Positions 39,949 through 54,513 are shown, counted from the stretch's first letter. The stretch is 64,000 nt of DNA from Sulfolobales archaeon (GCA_038867615.1 JAWBYA010000002.1:1-64000), one strand, 5' to 3'. Notes: generated by a model from the letters alone, not told the origin. Numbers and translations are program-made.

Positions 39949-40401
39949 TCAGCTCCTCTTCGACTTCTTACCCTCCATGTACTCCTGCCATATGTCGAAG
40001 ATCTTGTTGGCTAGTGCTCCGGATCCCTCAACACCGTTCTCAGAAACCCTATATCTATCCAGAATAACCACTGATCCCGACTCTTTATAGACCTTCACAT
40101 TAGCTGGGTTTATGTTGAGTCTCTGAACAACTAGGTTGAAGAACTCCTCGGGGTCGAAGAGGGGTATCTCCTCAACAACGATCTCAGAGATCCTGCTGCC
40201 ATTTATAACAACCCTGAAGAACCTCTTACCCTCGGAATCAGCCTCTCCGAGAACCACGTTAAGGCTTGGCTGGTCTATGCCTAGTAAAACACCCCTATAG
40301 ACCTTGCCATCAACAAGTCTAACATACACTCTCTTATCCACGAGACTCCCTATCTCAGTGTAAAACCTTCTCGCACCTGTTTGCGTGCTCAGACTCATCA
40401 C
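39949..40401 (-). CDS. Sm-like protein with C-terminal domain (SmAP3-like)
   Basis: Sm1/Sm2 motifs (V.VRL.DG..Y.G.L.G.D...NVVL...VINGSRISEI) plus a C-terminal extension. Confidence 0.87.
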   Translation of the reverse strand: MMSLSTQTGARRFYTEIGSLVDKRVYVRLVDGKVYRGVLLGIDQPSLNVVLGEADSEGKRFFRVVINGSRISEIVVEEIPLFDPEEFFNLVVQRLNINPANVKVYKESGSVVILDRYRVSENGVEGSGALANKIFDIWQEYMEGKKSKRS

Positions 40402-40619
40402 CTTATAAATATTTATTCAGGGGGAGTAATATTGGAAATAATGCTAAGCATAGGACTTAGATCCCGTGTTACACAGGCGCTTATGATCAGCTATCTATAA
40501 TCATTAAATCCGATCTAGACGCCAACGGGGCAAAGCATGGATCCAGAGCATAGCATTAGCTACAACCAACAGTAAGCTTATTTACTCGGAAAATCCTATC
40601 TTGGCGGGAGAACAAGGAT

Positions 40620-40982
40620 ATGGATAGTATTAGATCCAGGGTTAAGGTTTTATCTATAAAGGATAGCAGGATCCCCGGCGTCAAGATCATAGAGCTAGAA
40701 GGTGAGGAGCTCAACATAACGATGGATCTACATAGAGAGCTAATAACATTCAGAGAAGGTGAGGAGCTCGAGATGGTTACCTCAAAGAATCTTCCTAAGT
40801 ACAAAGATGGTGTTGATCTCTGTGCAAGAGGGGTTGTTGTCAGTATAAAAGATAAGGATCAGAAGAGGATCGTGATAAGCCTCTGGGGATATCTAGTGAT
40901 CATAAAACCTAACAACCCCTCAATACTTGATAAGCTCGACCTAAAACCAAGCGATGAGATCTACTACTGTTTGATCAAATAG
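40620..40982 (+). CDS. rpoG: RNA polymerase subunit Rpo8 (RpoG)
   Basis: 120 aa OB-fold; SRIPGVKII...MDLHRELITF...LCARGVVV...ISLWGYLV. Confidence 0.8.
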   Translation: MDSIRSRVKVLSIKDSRIPGVKIIELEGEELNITMDLHRELITFREGEELEMVTSKNLPKYKDGVDLCARGVVVSIKDKDQKRIVISLWGYLVIIKPNNPSILDKLDLKPSDEIYYCLIK

Positions 40983-41105
40983 AACTACCCAAGAATCCCG
41001 CAGAACTAGACAAGCGATATAGGAATCGATAATACTGTGTGAAGTACGCCCTTCTATAATAAGAATCATTAAGGATCGGGCTTTCGCTGGTCTTAAAGCT
41101 GGCTA

Positions 41106-41594
41106 CTATGATACAGACCCGATGCTTAGCTCCTTAGCATTAGCCTCAACATATGTCTTCTCCTTTTTCCTAGCAGCTATCGCCTTCTTCAGCTCTGTAG
41201 CCACCTTTCTAACCTCCTCTTCGAGGTCTTCGTAGTGATGCTTCTTAAGATGATCTTCGGGAAACATGTTCACAAGCCTTCTACCACATATCATGCAAAC
41301 CTCTGGTCTCTTGCTCCTATCTATCTTTGGCTGAACCATAGATAGTATCAGTGGAGTGGCCATCTTTATGAGGAACTCTGCAAGTCTCCTATCACCAGCC
41401 TTCTCATTGATCCTCTGGACAAACCCTCTCAGCTGGTGTTTAGAGATCCCATATCTATCGTTGGCTTGTGACGGAGGGAGGGAGCCGCCTAGATACTCGA
41501 TCAAAGCTTCGAGAACCTCAGGTCTACCTGCCATCTTCTTCAACACCAGGTATTCGAGAACCTCTATTGCAGGCGATATATGACCCTTATCCAT
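41106..41594 (-). CDS. Hypothetical protein with an HTH-like segment and a C2H2-like motif
   Basis: YGISKHQLRG; CMICG...HLKKHH; probable start ATG 41594 (ORF track 41648). Confidence 0.7.
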   Translation of the reverse strand: MDKGHISPAIEVLEYLVLKKMAGRPEVLEALIEYLGGSLPPSQANDRYGISKHQLRGFVQRINEKAGDRRLAEFLIKMATPLILSMVQPKIDRSKRPEVCMICGRRLVNMFPEDHLKKHHYEDLEEEVRKVATELKKAIAARKKEKTYVEANAKELSIGSVS

Positions 41595-41824
41595 TATGTT
41601 ACCTATTATACTAGCTAGAATATAGAGTGTTCCATATTTAAATAACAACCCCTATATATATTTGACAAAGCGTATTACCAAATAGATCTGCTAGGAGAGA
41701 TTCACATCAAAAAATACAGGACACCAAGGATCCATATTACCCTATAATAAATGAAAAGAAGAGAAACACCAAAGAGTATATATCTGACCCTTAATATATG
41801 TTTCTAGGAACCCGGAGGGGGCTT

Positions 41825-42124
41825 ATGACGATCATAGTCAGGAAGGTAAGTTCAGAGAGCTTCGAGCTCAATGTAAGAGTCCCGAGAATAATATCGATAA
41901 AGCTAGAACAAGGAACACTGAGAATGCTTGATGACGCATGGAAAAAAGCAGGGTATAGAAGCAGAAGCGACTTCATAAGAGACGCGATAAAGATCTACAT
42001 GGAGCTCTTAGAAGAGATATCGAAGCGAGAAAACAACGCAGGTGGGATCGATAGAACCAAGGTTACGTCGCTCAGAGAAGAACTGCTCAGAATGGTACTG
42101 CAGAAGAATATTACTACAAAGTAG
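41825..42124 (+). CDS. CopG/ribbon-helix-helix DNA-binding protein
   Basis: IISIKL...LDDAWKKAGYRSRSDFIRDAI; ATG at 41825 behind GGAGGGG. Confidence 0.8.
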   Translation: MTIIVRKVSSESFELNVRVPRIISIKLEQGTLRMLDDAWKKAGYRSRSDFIRDAIKIYMELLEEISKRENNAGGIDRTKVTSLREELLRMVLQKNITTK

Positions 42125-42619
42125 AGGATCGAGTGTTTTTTTAATAGCAACCCTACCTTATAATAAAACCGCCACTAGTTAGAGCTATACATGTGCATCT
42201 AAATAGACAACGACAGATCTACCAATAATATTACCCTATCGATCCCTAGATATCTATTGATCTTCTCTCTTTGATATTCCTATATTATCTAGGAACCCCA
42301 GCCAGACCACAGAGATCCTTTACCCCTATGGGTTTTCATCTAACCAGGCAGCCTGGACACTATCTACTAAAAAGGCATTCCCCAGGAGACCACATCGAAA
42401 CTGAATCATAACAAAAAGTAATCGATCAAACCACGGATCTCCCATACATCAAAAGAAAACAGACGAGTTGTAAAAACTATATCCCTAAGGATTGTCAGAG
42501 CTTAGCCACATACAGACTATCCCTACCCAGATTCCAGGTAGCTCTTACAAAACCCAAGAGTCTCTCGATCCCTAGCATTATGTCCTCCACACCGACCCCT
42601 AGACTGCTAACAATAGCAT

Positions 42620-42631
42620 AAAAGCTTATAG
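42620..42631 (+). promoter_or_regulatory. BRE/TATA promoter of tRNA-Ala
   Basis: AAAAGCTTATAG about 28 nt upstream of the tRNA. Confidence 0.65.
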
Positions 42632-42658
42632 CACCCAAATCTTTATTTCTACAATGGT

Positions 42659-42735
42659 GGGCCGGTAGCTCAGCCTGGAAGAGCGCTCGGTTGGCATCCG
42701 AGAGGACCCGGGTTCAAATCCCGGCCGGTCCACCA
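42659..42735 (+). tRNA. tRNA-Ala(GGC)
   Basis: Acceptor stem GGGCCGG/CCGGTCC with G3-U70; anticodon arm CTCGG-TTGGCAT-CCGAG; GGTTCAAATCC; encoded CCA. Confidence 0.96.
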
Positions 42736-42990
42736 ATAACCATACCGAGTTCGCTGCTAAGAGTATCTTTACATGTCTGCCTTGATCTCTTTAACACACA
42801 CCGACCAGACATAAAAACAAATAGACCAAAGCCCAAGGGCTTAGAATGAGACATAACCTCGTAGGGATAGAGAATCCTCTGCAGATTATTGTGTGTTTTA
42901 GATGCAGAAGGAGAGGATCAGAGATCTCTGGGATGGATTATACTCACTACTACTCTGTAATGCTAGCTACATTGTTTTATAGATCGTGGT

Positions 42991-43428
42991 CTATGTGATT
43001 ACTATATTATCTATATTGTAGTATCTCTTAAGGATAAGCTTAGCTTTATGAACGTTCCTACCTCCTCTGCCTATTGCTATACCCTTATCCTGTGGATGCA
43101 CACTAACATATAGTGTCACTTTCCCACTCGGAGTCTGCACCCTCTTGATCGAGGCTATTCTCGCTGGTGCGAATATATTTCTCACCAGCTGGTCGAAATC
43201 GTTTGAGTACTCAACTATCTCTATGTTCTTCTTAAGTATAGCCTTCACCTTCCTGATATTGCTCCCATTCTTACCGATAGCTAGGCCTGCCTCTCCCTCC
43301 TTTACTATGAATATCAATGTGTTGTTCTCCTCATCAACTATACAGTCCCTTATAGTGGCTCCTGTGAGGTCTTGAACCAGCGATATGTATCTCATCTCTT
43401 CGAGGCTTAGCCTTATCTCGGACGACAT
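42991..43428 (-). CDS. nusA: NusA-like KH-domain transcription factor
   Basis: GLAIGKNGSNI and KGIAIGRGGRN; follows L30e. Confidence 0.95.
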   Translation of the reverse strand: MSSEIRLSLEEMRYISLVQDLTGATIRDCIVDEENNTLIFIVKEGEAGLAIGKNGSNIRKVKAILKKNIEIVEYSNDFDQLVRNIFAPARIASIKRVQTPSGKVTLYVSVHPQDKGIAIGRGGRNVHKAKLILKRYYNIDNIVIT

Positions 43429-43449
43429 GACCTCACCCTATCCCTCTAT

Positions 43450-43770
43450 CTATTTAATCGCCACCTCTTTTATCACATCCATACTAACACTCCCTGGATC
43501 TATAACACCGATCACAGTTACTGGGAACGGTTTCCCTATCAGACCGCCCAGATCCATGCTTGAACCCTTAAACATGATCACAGGAACACCCCCGAGCCTG
43601 GCGTAGTAGAGCGTATCTGAGACAATATTCCTTGGAGACCCCTCAGCCAGTATAACTGCCTTCAGCCTCCCCGTCTTGAGCAGCCTCGATGATACCCTGA
43701 AACCTATGGTTATCTTTCCACCCCTAACTATGTTCTTTATAATACTATCCACAGAGGCGCTCTGGGACAT
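43450..43770 (-). CDS. rpl30e: 50S ribosomal protein L30e
   Basis: GKITIG...LGGLIGKPF...VIDPG; conserved operon position. Confidence 0.92.
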   Translation of the reverse strand: MSQSASVDSIIKNIVRGGKITIGFRVSSRLLKTGRLKAVILAEGSPRNIVSDTLYYARLGGVPVIMFKGSSMDLGGLIGKPFPVTVIGVIDPGSVSMDVIKEVAIK

Positions 43771-43773
43771 TTA

Positions 43774-47636
<3,863 letters not shown>

Positions 47637-50600
47637 CTAGCCCCACCCCCACTTCTCCCTAAACACCTCAACCTTCTCTTTAACAATTAGTCTCGGCATT
47701 ATAAGCATGGCCATGAGCTCTTGCATCAAGAGCTTGAACGAGTATGCCACATTAACAGGAACAACCTTTGACTTATCACCATGTATTGGGCAGACAGGTT
47801 TCTTGCTATTCCTGTCAAACCAGCCTATATGTCCGCACTCTGTGCAGACATAGATTGTAGTCTTATCACTAGCATCAAGTAGCTTCTCCTTGAGCAGCAT
47901 GGCGGCACCGTGCCCAACCAGGCTATCCCTCTCCATCTCTCCAAACCTCAGTCCTCCCTCTCTAGCTCTCCCCTCTGTTGGCTGTCTAGTGAGGATCTGG
48001 ATCTGACCCCTAGCCCTGGCATGGATCTTGTTAGCAACCATGTGGTGAAGCTTCTGGTAGAAAACAATCCCTATAAATATAGGGCTCCCAATAAGCTCTC
48101 CAGTCCTGCCATCATACATAGGCTCTGTCCCGTCGAGGGGATATCCTAGGAATAATAGCTCCTGCTTAAGCGAATCAATATCCTCACCATAGAAGGACGT
48201 GGCATCCACAGGCCTACCCCTGAGAGCAGCAACCTTACCCGCTATGCTCTCCATAAGCTGCCCAAGAGTCATTCTCGAGGGCAGTGCGTGTGGGTTTATA
48301 ATGAGATCGGGCGTTATACCCTCGCTAGTAAACGGCATATCGCTCTGGGGTATGAGCATCCCAGCAACACCTTTCTGACCATGCCTCGATGCAAACTTAT
48401 CCCCTATCTCAACTATACCTAGATCCCTCACCCTCACCTTAATAAGCCTATGACCCTCGGAGGTTGTTGTCATAATAACCATATCAACGGTACCTTTCTC
48501 ACCATGCCTCACACCAACAGAGGAGTCCTTCCTCTTAGCCGCTATAACGCCGAACTCCCTCATCTCCTCCATGAACCTGGAGGGGGAGGTTTTTCCAACA
48601 AGGATCTCGCCACCCTCCACCGGGACCTCGACCCCTATTATACCCTCGCTATTAAGCTTGGAGTAGAACTGCCTACCTCTGTAACCATGGACGCTTGGAT
48701 CAGGGATCTCGATCCTGTCCTCCTCGCCTCCAGGGTATTTCCTCTCCTCTATGGTGTAGAGCCTGAAGAAAGTAGATCTAGCAAGCCCTCTCTCAACGCT
48801 TGATTTGTTAAGTATAACAGCATCCTCCATGTTATACCCAGTATAGCTCATAACAGCAACAACCATGTTATGCCCAGCAGGCTTGCTGTTATAACCGATC
48901 ACGTCTAGGAACTTTGTCTGCACCAAGGGCTTCTCTGGGTAGTGGAGGAGATAGGATCTAGTATCAGTCCTTATCTGATAGTTAGAGGCATAGATCCCCA
49001 GCGCCTGCTTAACCATAGCAGACTGGTAAGTATTCCTTGGGCTCTGGTTATGCTCAGCATACGGTATCGTCGCGGCAGCTATACCAACAATCGCAGGCGG
49101 GTAGATCTCCATGTGGGTGTGCTCCTTAGTAATCTCTCCCGGCTCGAGCGCTATATAGGCGTTCTCCTCCTCCTCAGGGTCTAGGTACTCGACAACACCC
49201 ATCCTCACAAGATCCTCAAACCCTATCTCGCCCCTCCTAAGCGCTTCTGCATGGCGGCTTGTGAAAACAAGCTCTCCATCTTTAACAACAAACACGGGTC
49301 TCAGGAACCTTCCTGGATCTGTGTTTATATATATCTCATCAATATATTGCGTCTTTATATGGGCTATACTGACCTCGTAATGAAGCTTCCCAGATCTCCT
49401 CATATTTCTAAGGAGCTCAACCAGCTTCTCACCATTTCTACAGAAGCCTATCGGTCTCCCGTTGAGCAGAACCCTTGTTCCCTTGATCACATCAGCATCC
49501 TTACCCCTTCTCAGATCGTTGAACACCTTCTCTATCTTCTCGATCCTGATCTCGGGATCGTCTATCTCCTCAAGGATCTCGAAGACGGAGTTCTCATCAA
49601 CACCCACAGATATATATGCTGTTAGAGCCATGTTCTTCACAAGCCCACAGTTGGGGCCCTCAGGAGTCTCGAATATACATATCCTGCCCCACTGGGTTCC
49701 ATGAAGATCTCTCGCCTCGAAGTTAGGCTGGCTCCTACTGAGGGGTGAGATAACCCTCCTTAGATGGCTATGCATAGAGATCCAGTTGGTTCTATCGAGT
49801 ATCTGGCTAACCCCAACCCTATTACCAGCCCAGTTACCAGTAGCCATTGCATGCCTTATCCTCTCAGTTATTATATCAGACCTCACCAGAGCACCTATCT
49901 GCGTAACCTTCCTGGTCCTCGCCCTTGCCTTCTCGAGTTGGTATCTAAAGTCCTTTAGAAAAGCCCTATACGCTACCCTGAACTGGACTGCCAGGAGATC
50001 CCCGGCTAGCTTTAACCTCTTATTCTTATAGTGATCCTTATCATCGGGAGGCCTTCTACCAAGCATGAACTCCAACAACTTCTGAGCCATATAGCCCAGG
50101 AAAAGGGCTTTCTTAATCCTATCCTCCCTATTAACTCCGAGGTGGGGTAAGAAATATCTGTCAATGATCTGCTCAGCCCTCTCGATCCTAACCTCTCTAG
50201 GCTGTCCAACAGCAACCCTGTTTCCTATGAATTCGAGAGCGTCTGTCGATGTCTTTATCTCTGTGCTCTGTAAGAGAGAGGGTATTAGCTCTTTCTGCAC
50301 ATCCTGGTCGTGGGAGACGGCGAGGGCTATCTCTAAATCGCTTTCAAGCCCGAGGGCTCTCATCATAACTACAAACGGGATCTTGCCAGTAACTGCGGGG
50401 AATGATACGTGGAGGGTTCCGTCCTTATGCCTATCAAGTATTATAGGAACCCTATAGCCTGTTGTTGCAGAGACAACCTTAGCCATATGGGTGACATTGA
50501 GGCCTTCCTTAGCATAGTCAACAATAACCCTATTTGGTGCGAGATCCTCTTGGGCAACGAGGATCCTCTCGCTACCGTTTATTATGAAATAACCACCAGG

Positions 50601-51062
50601 ATCCTTCGGATCCTCGCCAACCTCTCTCAAAGTCTTTTCATCCATGGATGACGTGGGATCCTTGATACTCCTAACCATAACAGGGATCTCGCAGAGGAGT
50701 ATAGGCTCTTGGGAGGACGTCTTTATACCATCCTCGACAAGCACTATGTTAACATAAACAGGGGCGGCATATGTCAGATTCCTCACCCTGCACTCGAGAG
50801 GCGTTATGGTTGTGTTCACACTACCATCGAACTCCCTAACCTGTGGGTTGCCTATAATAACGTTTGTTATCATGGCATAGAAGTTAGGCGACGTGGTCTG
50901 GACTATCGATTCCTCTTCTATTATCTGTCTAAGCCTCTTGGTTATAAAATCGTTATAGCTGTTTATATGCTGCTTTACAAGCCCCTTCTCCTTAATAAAG
51001 CTCTCTATAACCAGCCACCTATCGTCGTGAGATAAGAGGCTTTTCTGCTTATCCCTACCCAT
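47637..51062 (-). CDS. rpoB: RNA polymerase subunit B (Rpo2, unsplit)
   Basis: GGYFIINGSER, ETPEG.NCGL, GDKFASRHGQKG, GGLRFGEMERD; start ATG 51062 (ORF track 51098). Confidence 0.98.
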   Translation of the reverse strand: MGRDKQKSLLSHDDRWLVIESFIKEKGLVKQHINSYNDFITKRLRQIIEEESIVQTTSPNFYAMITNVIIGNPQVREFDGSVNTTITPLECRVRNLTYAAPVYVNIVLVEDGIKTSSQEPILLCEIPVMVRSIKDPTSSMDEKTLREVGEDPKDPGGYFIINGSERILVAQEDLAPNRVIVDYAKEGLNVTHMAKVVSATTGYRVPIILDRHKDGTLHVSFPAVTGKIPFVVMMRALGLESDLEIALAVSHDQDVQKELIPSLLQSTEIKTSTDALEFIGNRVAVGQPREVRIERAEQIIDRYFLPHLGVNREDRIKKALFLGYMAQKLLEFMLGRRPPDDKDHYKNKRLKLAGDLLAVQFRVAYRAFLKDFRYQLEKARARTRKVTQIGALVRSDIITERIRHAMATGNWAGNRVGVSQILDRTNWISMHSHLRRVISPLSRSQPNFEARDLHGTQWGRICIFETPEGPNCGLVKNMALTAYISVGVDENSVFEILEEIDDPEIRIEKIEKVFNDLRRGKDADVIKGTRVLLNGRPIGFCRNGEKLVELLRNMRRSGKLHYEVSIAHIKTQYIDEIYINTDPGRFLRPVFVVKDGELVFTSRHAEALRRGEIGFEDLVRMGVVEYLDPEEEENAYIALEPGEITKEHTHMEIYPPAIVGIAAATIPYAEHNQSPRNTYQSAMVKQALGIYASNYQIRTDTRSYLLHYPEKPLVQTKFLDVIGYNSKPAGHNMVVAVMSYTGYNMEDAVILNKSSVERGLARSTFFRLYTIEERKYPGGEEDRIEIPDPSVHGYRGRQFYSKLNSEGIIGVEVPVEGGEILVGKTSPSRFMEEMREFGVIAAKRKDSSVGVRHGEKGTVDMVIMTTTSEGHRLIKVRVRDLGIVEIGDKFASRHGQKGVAGMLIPQSDMPFTSEGITPDLIINPHALPSRMTLGQLMESIAGKVAALRGRPVDATSFYGEDIDSLKQELLFLGYPLDGTEPMYDGRTGELIGSPIFIGIVFYQKLHHMVANKIHARARGQIQILTRQPTEGRAREGGLRFGEMERDSLVGHGAAMLLKEKLLDASDKTTIYVCTECGHIGWFDRNSKKPVCPIHGDKSKVVPVNVAYSFKLLMQELMAMLIMPRLIVKEKVEVFREKWGWG

Positions 51063-51066
51063 AGGA

Positions 51067-51312
51067 TCACCCCGCAACAACATATCTATAAACCACAATC
51101 TCTCCCGCAGTCTCGCTCTTCCTAATGATCCTCACGATATCGCCCGGCTTAGCACCGATAGCCCTAGCAGCAGGATCGCTAGCCTTTATCCATGGAAGCT
51201 GCTCGGGCCTTACCCCAAGCTCTTTCAAGATCTTCACAGCCTCCTCTATGGGAACCACCTCATGCTTTGGAACAAGCTCGTGTTTAAAGATATTGAATCT
51301 CTTCTCCGACAT
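51067..51312 (-). CDS. rpoH: RNA polymerase subunit H (Rpo5)
   Basis: HELVPKHE...QLPWI...DP...[13 protein letters not shown]...YRYV; the ORF-track extension runs antisense over the tRNA and is spurious. Confidence 0.96.
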   Translation of the reverse strand: MSEKRFNIFKHELVPKHEVVPIEEAVKILKELGVRPEQLPWIKASDPAARAIGAKPGDIVRIIRKSETAGEIVVYRYVVAG

Positions 51313-51395
51313 GAAGGAGCAACCACCACTCTTCTCTGTATATATACATATCCTCAGAAGAGTTATAAGCTTTCCATATACAAAGTAATATAGAT

Positions 51396-51491
51396 GGGCC
51401 CGTAGCTCAGCCCGGTAGAGCGGCGGGCTTTTAACCCGTAGACCAGACCGCTGGGCGGAAGTCCCGGGTTCAAATCCCGGCGGGCCCGCCA
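51396..51491 (+). tRNA. tRNA-Lys(TTT) with a 19-nt intron at position 45/46 (51442..51460)
   Basis: Acceptor GGGCCCG/CGGGCCC; anticodon loop CTTTTAA; removing the intron restores the AGGTC variable loop; encoded CCA. Confidence 0.93.
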
Positions 51492-51579
51492 CATCTACTA
51501 AAGGCTCCTAATAGCCAAAGATCATAGCAATCGAGCTCTAAATAGAACCTTCTAGGGATATCTATCTGGGGGACAGCTT

Positions 51580-52476
51580 CTGAGGGTAATGATAGTGGGG
51601 CTAGTGCCCCACGAGTCTGGGAAAACAACGATCGCAAAAGCTCTTGTGGGGGAGCTTGTTTCCAGGGGATATAGGGTTGGTGTTGCTAAACCAGTCGCTG
51701 GGCACAATATATGGTACCAGAGGCTCTCGGTGAAGAATAGCTATGAGCACAGGATCCTCGTTGGCGAGGATGCTGTCGAGCTCAAAAGAGTATCAGGCTC
51801 TGAGGATCCTCTGGAGGTTATAAACCCCCTCGACATAGCTGCAGCACCGCAGGATCCAGAGCCATATCTAAAGAACCTGAGAAGCTATCACGAAACCCTA
51901 TCATCGATACTGCTCTCTGCGGTAATGCTTCGGGTAAGCATATGTGAAGGTAAAAATATATATACATACCACTATATAGTTGAGAAAAGAGCCGAGAGAT
52001 CCCCGAAATCTATTAAGGATCTAGTATTATCGATAGCAGAAAGGATCTATCCGAAACCAACCCCCATAGATCCTGAGGCGCTTGAGAACCTAGTATTGGC
52101 AGGATATGCAACTGCAGAGCTCTGCTATAGATATTTATCTGAAAAACACCAAACCCTCGTACTAGAGAGCTTCAATGACGCTGCATCACCCGTAACAGAC
52201 CCCGGAACCACGGATCTAGTGCTAGCAGTATCCCCTGGAAAGCTATTCATATACAATGGCTCTGTATATAGAAAAGCCCTCAACGTCGTACTAGGGATCG
52301 AAGGCAGCATCCATAGAAAATGGTGGCCATCCACAAGCGAGATCCTGAGGCTCATCAGCCCAATATCGTCTATGGATATACCCTTCCTAGAAGATATAGC
52401 TAGCTTCGCCTCATTCGCAGAAACCCTTGTCGACAATATAGAGAGTCTTATTAAAGAATCGTCCCTTTCTCGATAA
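51580..52476 (+). CDS. Predicted P-loop ATPase/GTPase (COG4028-like), possible CTG start
   Basis: (M)RVMIVGLVPHESGKTT, KPVAGHN, INP.D, LVLESFNDAA. Confidence 0.8.
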   Translation: MRVMIVGLVPHESGKTTIAKALVGELVSRGYRVGVAKPVAGHNIWYQRLSVKNSYEHRILVGEDAVELKRVSGSEDPLEVINPLDIAAAPQDPEPYLKNLRSYHETLSSILLSAVMLRVSICEGKNIYTYHYIVEKRAERSPKSIKDLVLSIAERIYPKPTPIDPEALENLVLAGYATAELCYRYLSEKHQTLVLESFNDAASPVTDPGTTDLVLAVSPGKLFIYNGSVYRKALNVVLGIEGSIHRKWWPSTSEILRLISPISSMDIPFLEDIASFASFAETLVDNIESLIKESSLSR

Positions 52477-52629
52477 CCCCTAGGAATCGCCTGATAGCGA
52501 TGGGACAACTCTCCAAGCCTTCTAGAAGCTATCTCCTATCCTACATAGAAGGTGCAGGAGCTCTAGATATGAATGAATACCAAAACACCAAAGAACACAA
52601 GCGGGTAAGCTGTGGGCTGTGGTGAATAT

Positions 52630-53331
52630 CTAGCTAGTAAGGATCTTCCACTTCTTCTCAGTAGCGTCAAACACTATTAAAGCCGAGTCTTTTAACCTTT
52701 CAAACAACTCCAGCTCCTTCCTATCCCTTAGCACAGATCTTATAGCCTCTCCTGTATCGCTCCTTATCCTTGAGACTTTCTCGCTAAACTCGTTCCAGAA
52801 ATCGCTATCTACAGCTATTCTCTCCCTATCGGTGGCGATGATCACTGCTCCCTCATTTTCAAGCCTCTGGAAGAACTTATCCCTATCCTTAATCTTACCC
52901 ACTATGGATGATTCGTAGAATACCTTCTGCTGCTTTAGTATCTCTATAGCCGTAGCCTTCCTCTGCTCCCGCCTCCTCTGAATAGCCTGACCTCTCTCCT
53001 CCCTAACCTCTTGAGTCCTTCCCTCGAGATCATCTATCCTGGATTTTATATCCTCCATCTCCTCCACGAGTGATGCGACTCTCGATGCTACCTCCTCTAT
53101 CTTCGAGGTATAAGCATTGATCACGTCTGAAAGCTTCCTCTCAGCCCTTGAAACGTGCTTGGCAACAAGATCCTCAACGTATTTACCAAGATCCAGCGTT
53201 TGTGGAGTAGATATGGATGATAATATTAGGTGTAACAAATACTCTCCAGGATCCTTGTAACCAGCCTTAGCAGCCCTCTCAAGAAGCTCCCTATATATAT
53301 TATCAGGTATGTTGATTATGATCTCAGGCAT
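52630..53331 (-). CDS. RHH/CopG-like N-terminal domain plus coiled-coil protein
   Basis: IIINIPDNIYRELLERA..AGY; central heptad repeats; probable ATG 53331 (ORF track 53379). Confidence 0.72.
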   Translation of the reverse strand: MPEIIINIPDNIYRELLERAAKAGYKDPGEYLLHLILSSISTPQTLDLGKYVEDLVAKHVSRAERKLSDVINAYTSKIEEVASRVASLVEEMEDIKSRIDDLEGRTQEVREERGQAIQRRREQRKATAIEILKQQKVFYESSIVGKIKDRDKFFQRLENEGAVIIATDRERIAVDSDFWNEFSEKVSRIRSDTGEAIRSVLRDRKELELFERLKDSALIVFDATEKKWKILTS

Positions 53332-53465
53332 CAGTGTCCCAGTATAAAATGCGTTAAGTAGAATAAAACACACACCCAACCGATCAAAAAGATCTTTGAA
53401 AACGGATCAATCATCAAGACACGGCTCCCACAAAATACCTGGCTTATAACCAGGGTAGGACGGTC

Positions 53466-53798
53466 TCAACATACTTTAGAACCAGGGTCTGGCTGTCCAT
53501 CTACTGTAAGTACATAGGGCTTTTCGTCTCTTCCACACCCTGCCGCAAGGATCATGCCCTCGCTCACATACCCCCTTATAGTCTTCGGCTTCAGGTTAGC
53601 TACAACTATAACCCTCGAGCCAACGAGCTTCTCAGGCTCGTACCACTTTCCTATCCCAGCCACTATTTGCCTCTCACCAAGCCCCCCTAGATCTACTACT
53701 AGTCTTAGGAGACCTGTACCCTCTATTCTAGACGCGCTTTTCACAACCCCAACTCTGAGATCTATTCTTGAGAACTCGTCTATAGTGATCTCTCCCAC
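53466..53798 (-). CDS. tRNA-binding OB-fold protein (Trbp111/MetRS C-terminal-like)
   Basis: FSRIDLRVG, RQIVAGI, VANLKP...SEGMILA; GTG at 53798 behind GAGGTGG. Confidence 0.9.
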   Translation of the reverse strand: MGEITIDEFSRIDLRVGVVKSASRIEGTGLLRLVVDLGGLGERQIVAGIGKWYEPEKLVGSRVIVVANLKPKTIRGYVSEGMILAAGCGRDEKPYVLTVDGQPDPGSKVC

Positions 53799-53823
53799 GA
53801 GAACCACCTCTAGCGAGAGCCGC

Positions 53824-54513
53824 CTAGATGGTTGTGCTCTCACCAGGTTTCAGGATTCTGACGCCCACCTGTAGCCCTTTACTCCCGATGAGGTTTAGAA
53901 GCTCCTTAGGATCAGCCCTTATCAGTGGGAACGTGTTATAATGCATAGGTATCACCACAGCTGGCTTGAGAAGCTCTATAGCTTTAACAGCCTCCCTAAT
54001 ACCCATTGTGAAGTGCCCGCCTATGGGGAGCATGGCTACCTTGGGGCTATAAAGCTCTTTTATAAGTGCCATATCGCTAAATACTCCCGTATCGCCTGCA
54101 TGATAGATCGTGGTCTCGCTGCTTTCTATCACAACACCTGTCGGTGAACCTCTAGAGGAACTATGCATAGCTGGTGTGAGATATACTGTGACACCCTCTA
54201 GGGATATGGGGCCTCCTATGTTTGCACCAATAGCCCTATCCCTGGCTCCTGCTTCTGAAGCTAGGTACTCGGCTAACTCGTATATAGCAACGATCTTTGC
54301 CTTCTTGCTCCTCTTAAGTATATTAACAGTATCTCCAACATGGTCTCCGTGATCGTGTGTAACTATTATATAGTCAGGCTCAGGGATCTTGTCAGGCGTT
54401 GTGGGGGAGAGGGGGTTGGTGATCCATGGGTCTATCAAGATCTTCTTCCCAGAGGTCTCTACCAGAAATGCAGCATGCCCATACCAAGTTACACTCGCCA
54501 AACCGCCCACCAT
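53824..54513 (-). CDS. Metallo-beta-lactamase-fold hydrolase (UPF0173)
   Basis: WYGHA, IDPW, THDHGDH, YHAGDT, LPIGGHFTM, PMHYNTF. Confidence 0.92.
   Translation of the reverse strand: MVGGLASVTWYGHAAFLVETSGKKILIDPWITNPLSPTTPDKIPEPDYIIVTHDHGDHVGDTVNILKRSKKAKIVAIYELAEYLASEAGARDRAIGANIGGPISLEGVTVYLTPAMHSSSRGSPTGVVIESSETTIYHAGDTGVFSDMALIKELYSPKVAMLPIGGHFTMGIREAVKAIELLKPAVVIPMHYNTFPLIRADPKELLNLIGSKGLQVGVRILKPGESTTI

Noticed and set aside
41106-42990. Integrated element at tRNA-Ala (RHH gene and non-coding flanks)
   Set aside because: No integrase and no duplicated tRNA 3' end (att site) seen in the window.
42736-42991. No rps12 after nusA
   Set aside because: This break in the operon is an ordinary rearrangement; there is no remnant or other signal.
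51313-51492. N-terminal extension of RpoH in the ORF track
   Set aside because: It is the antisense reading of tRNA-Lys and its promoter; RpoH starts at ATG 51312.
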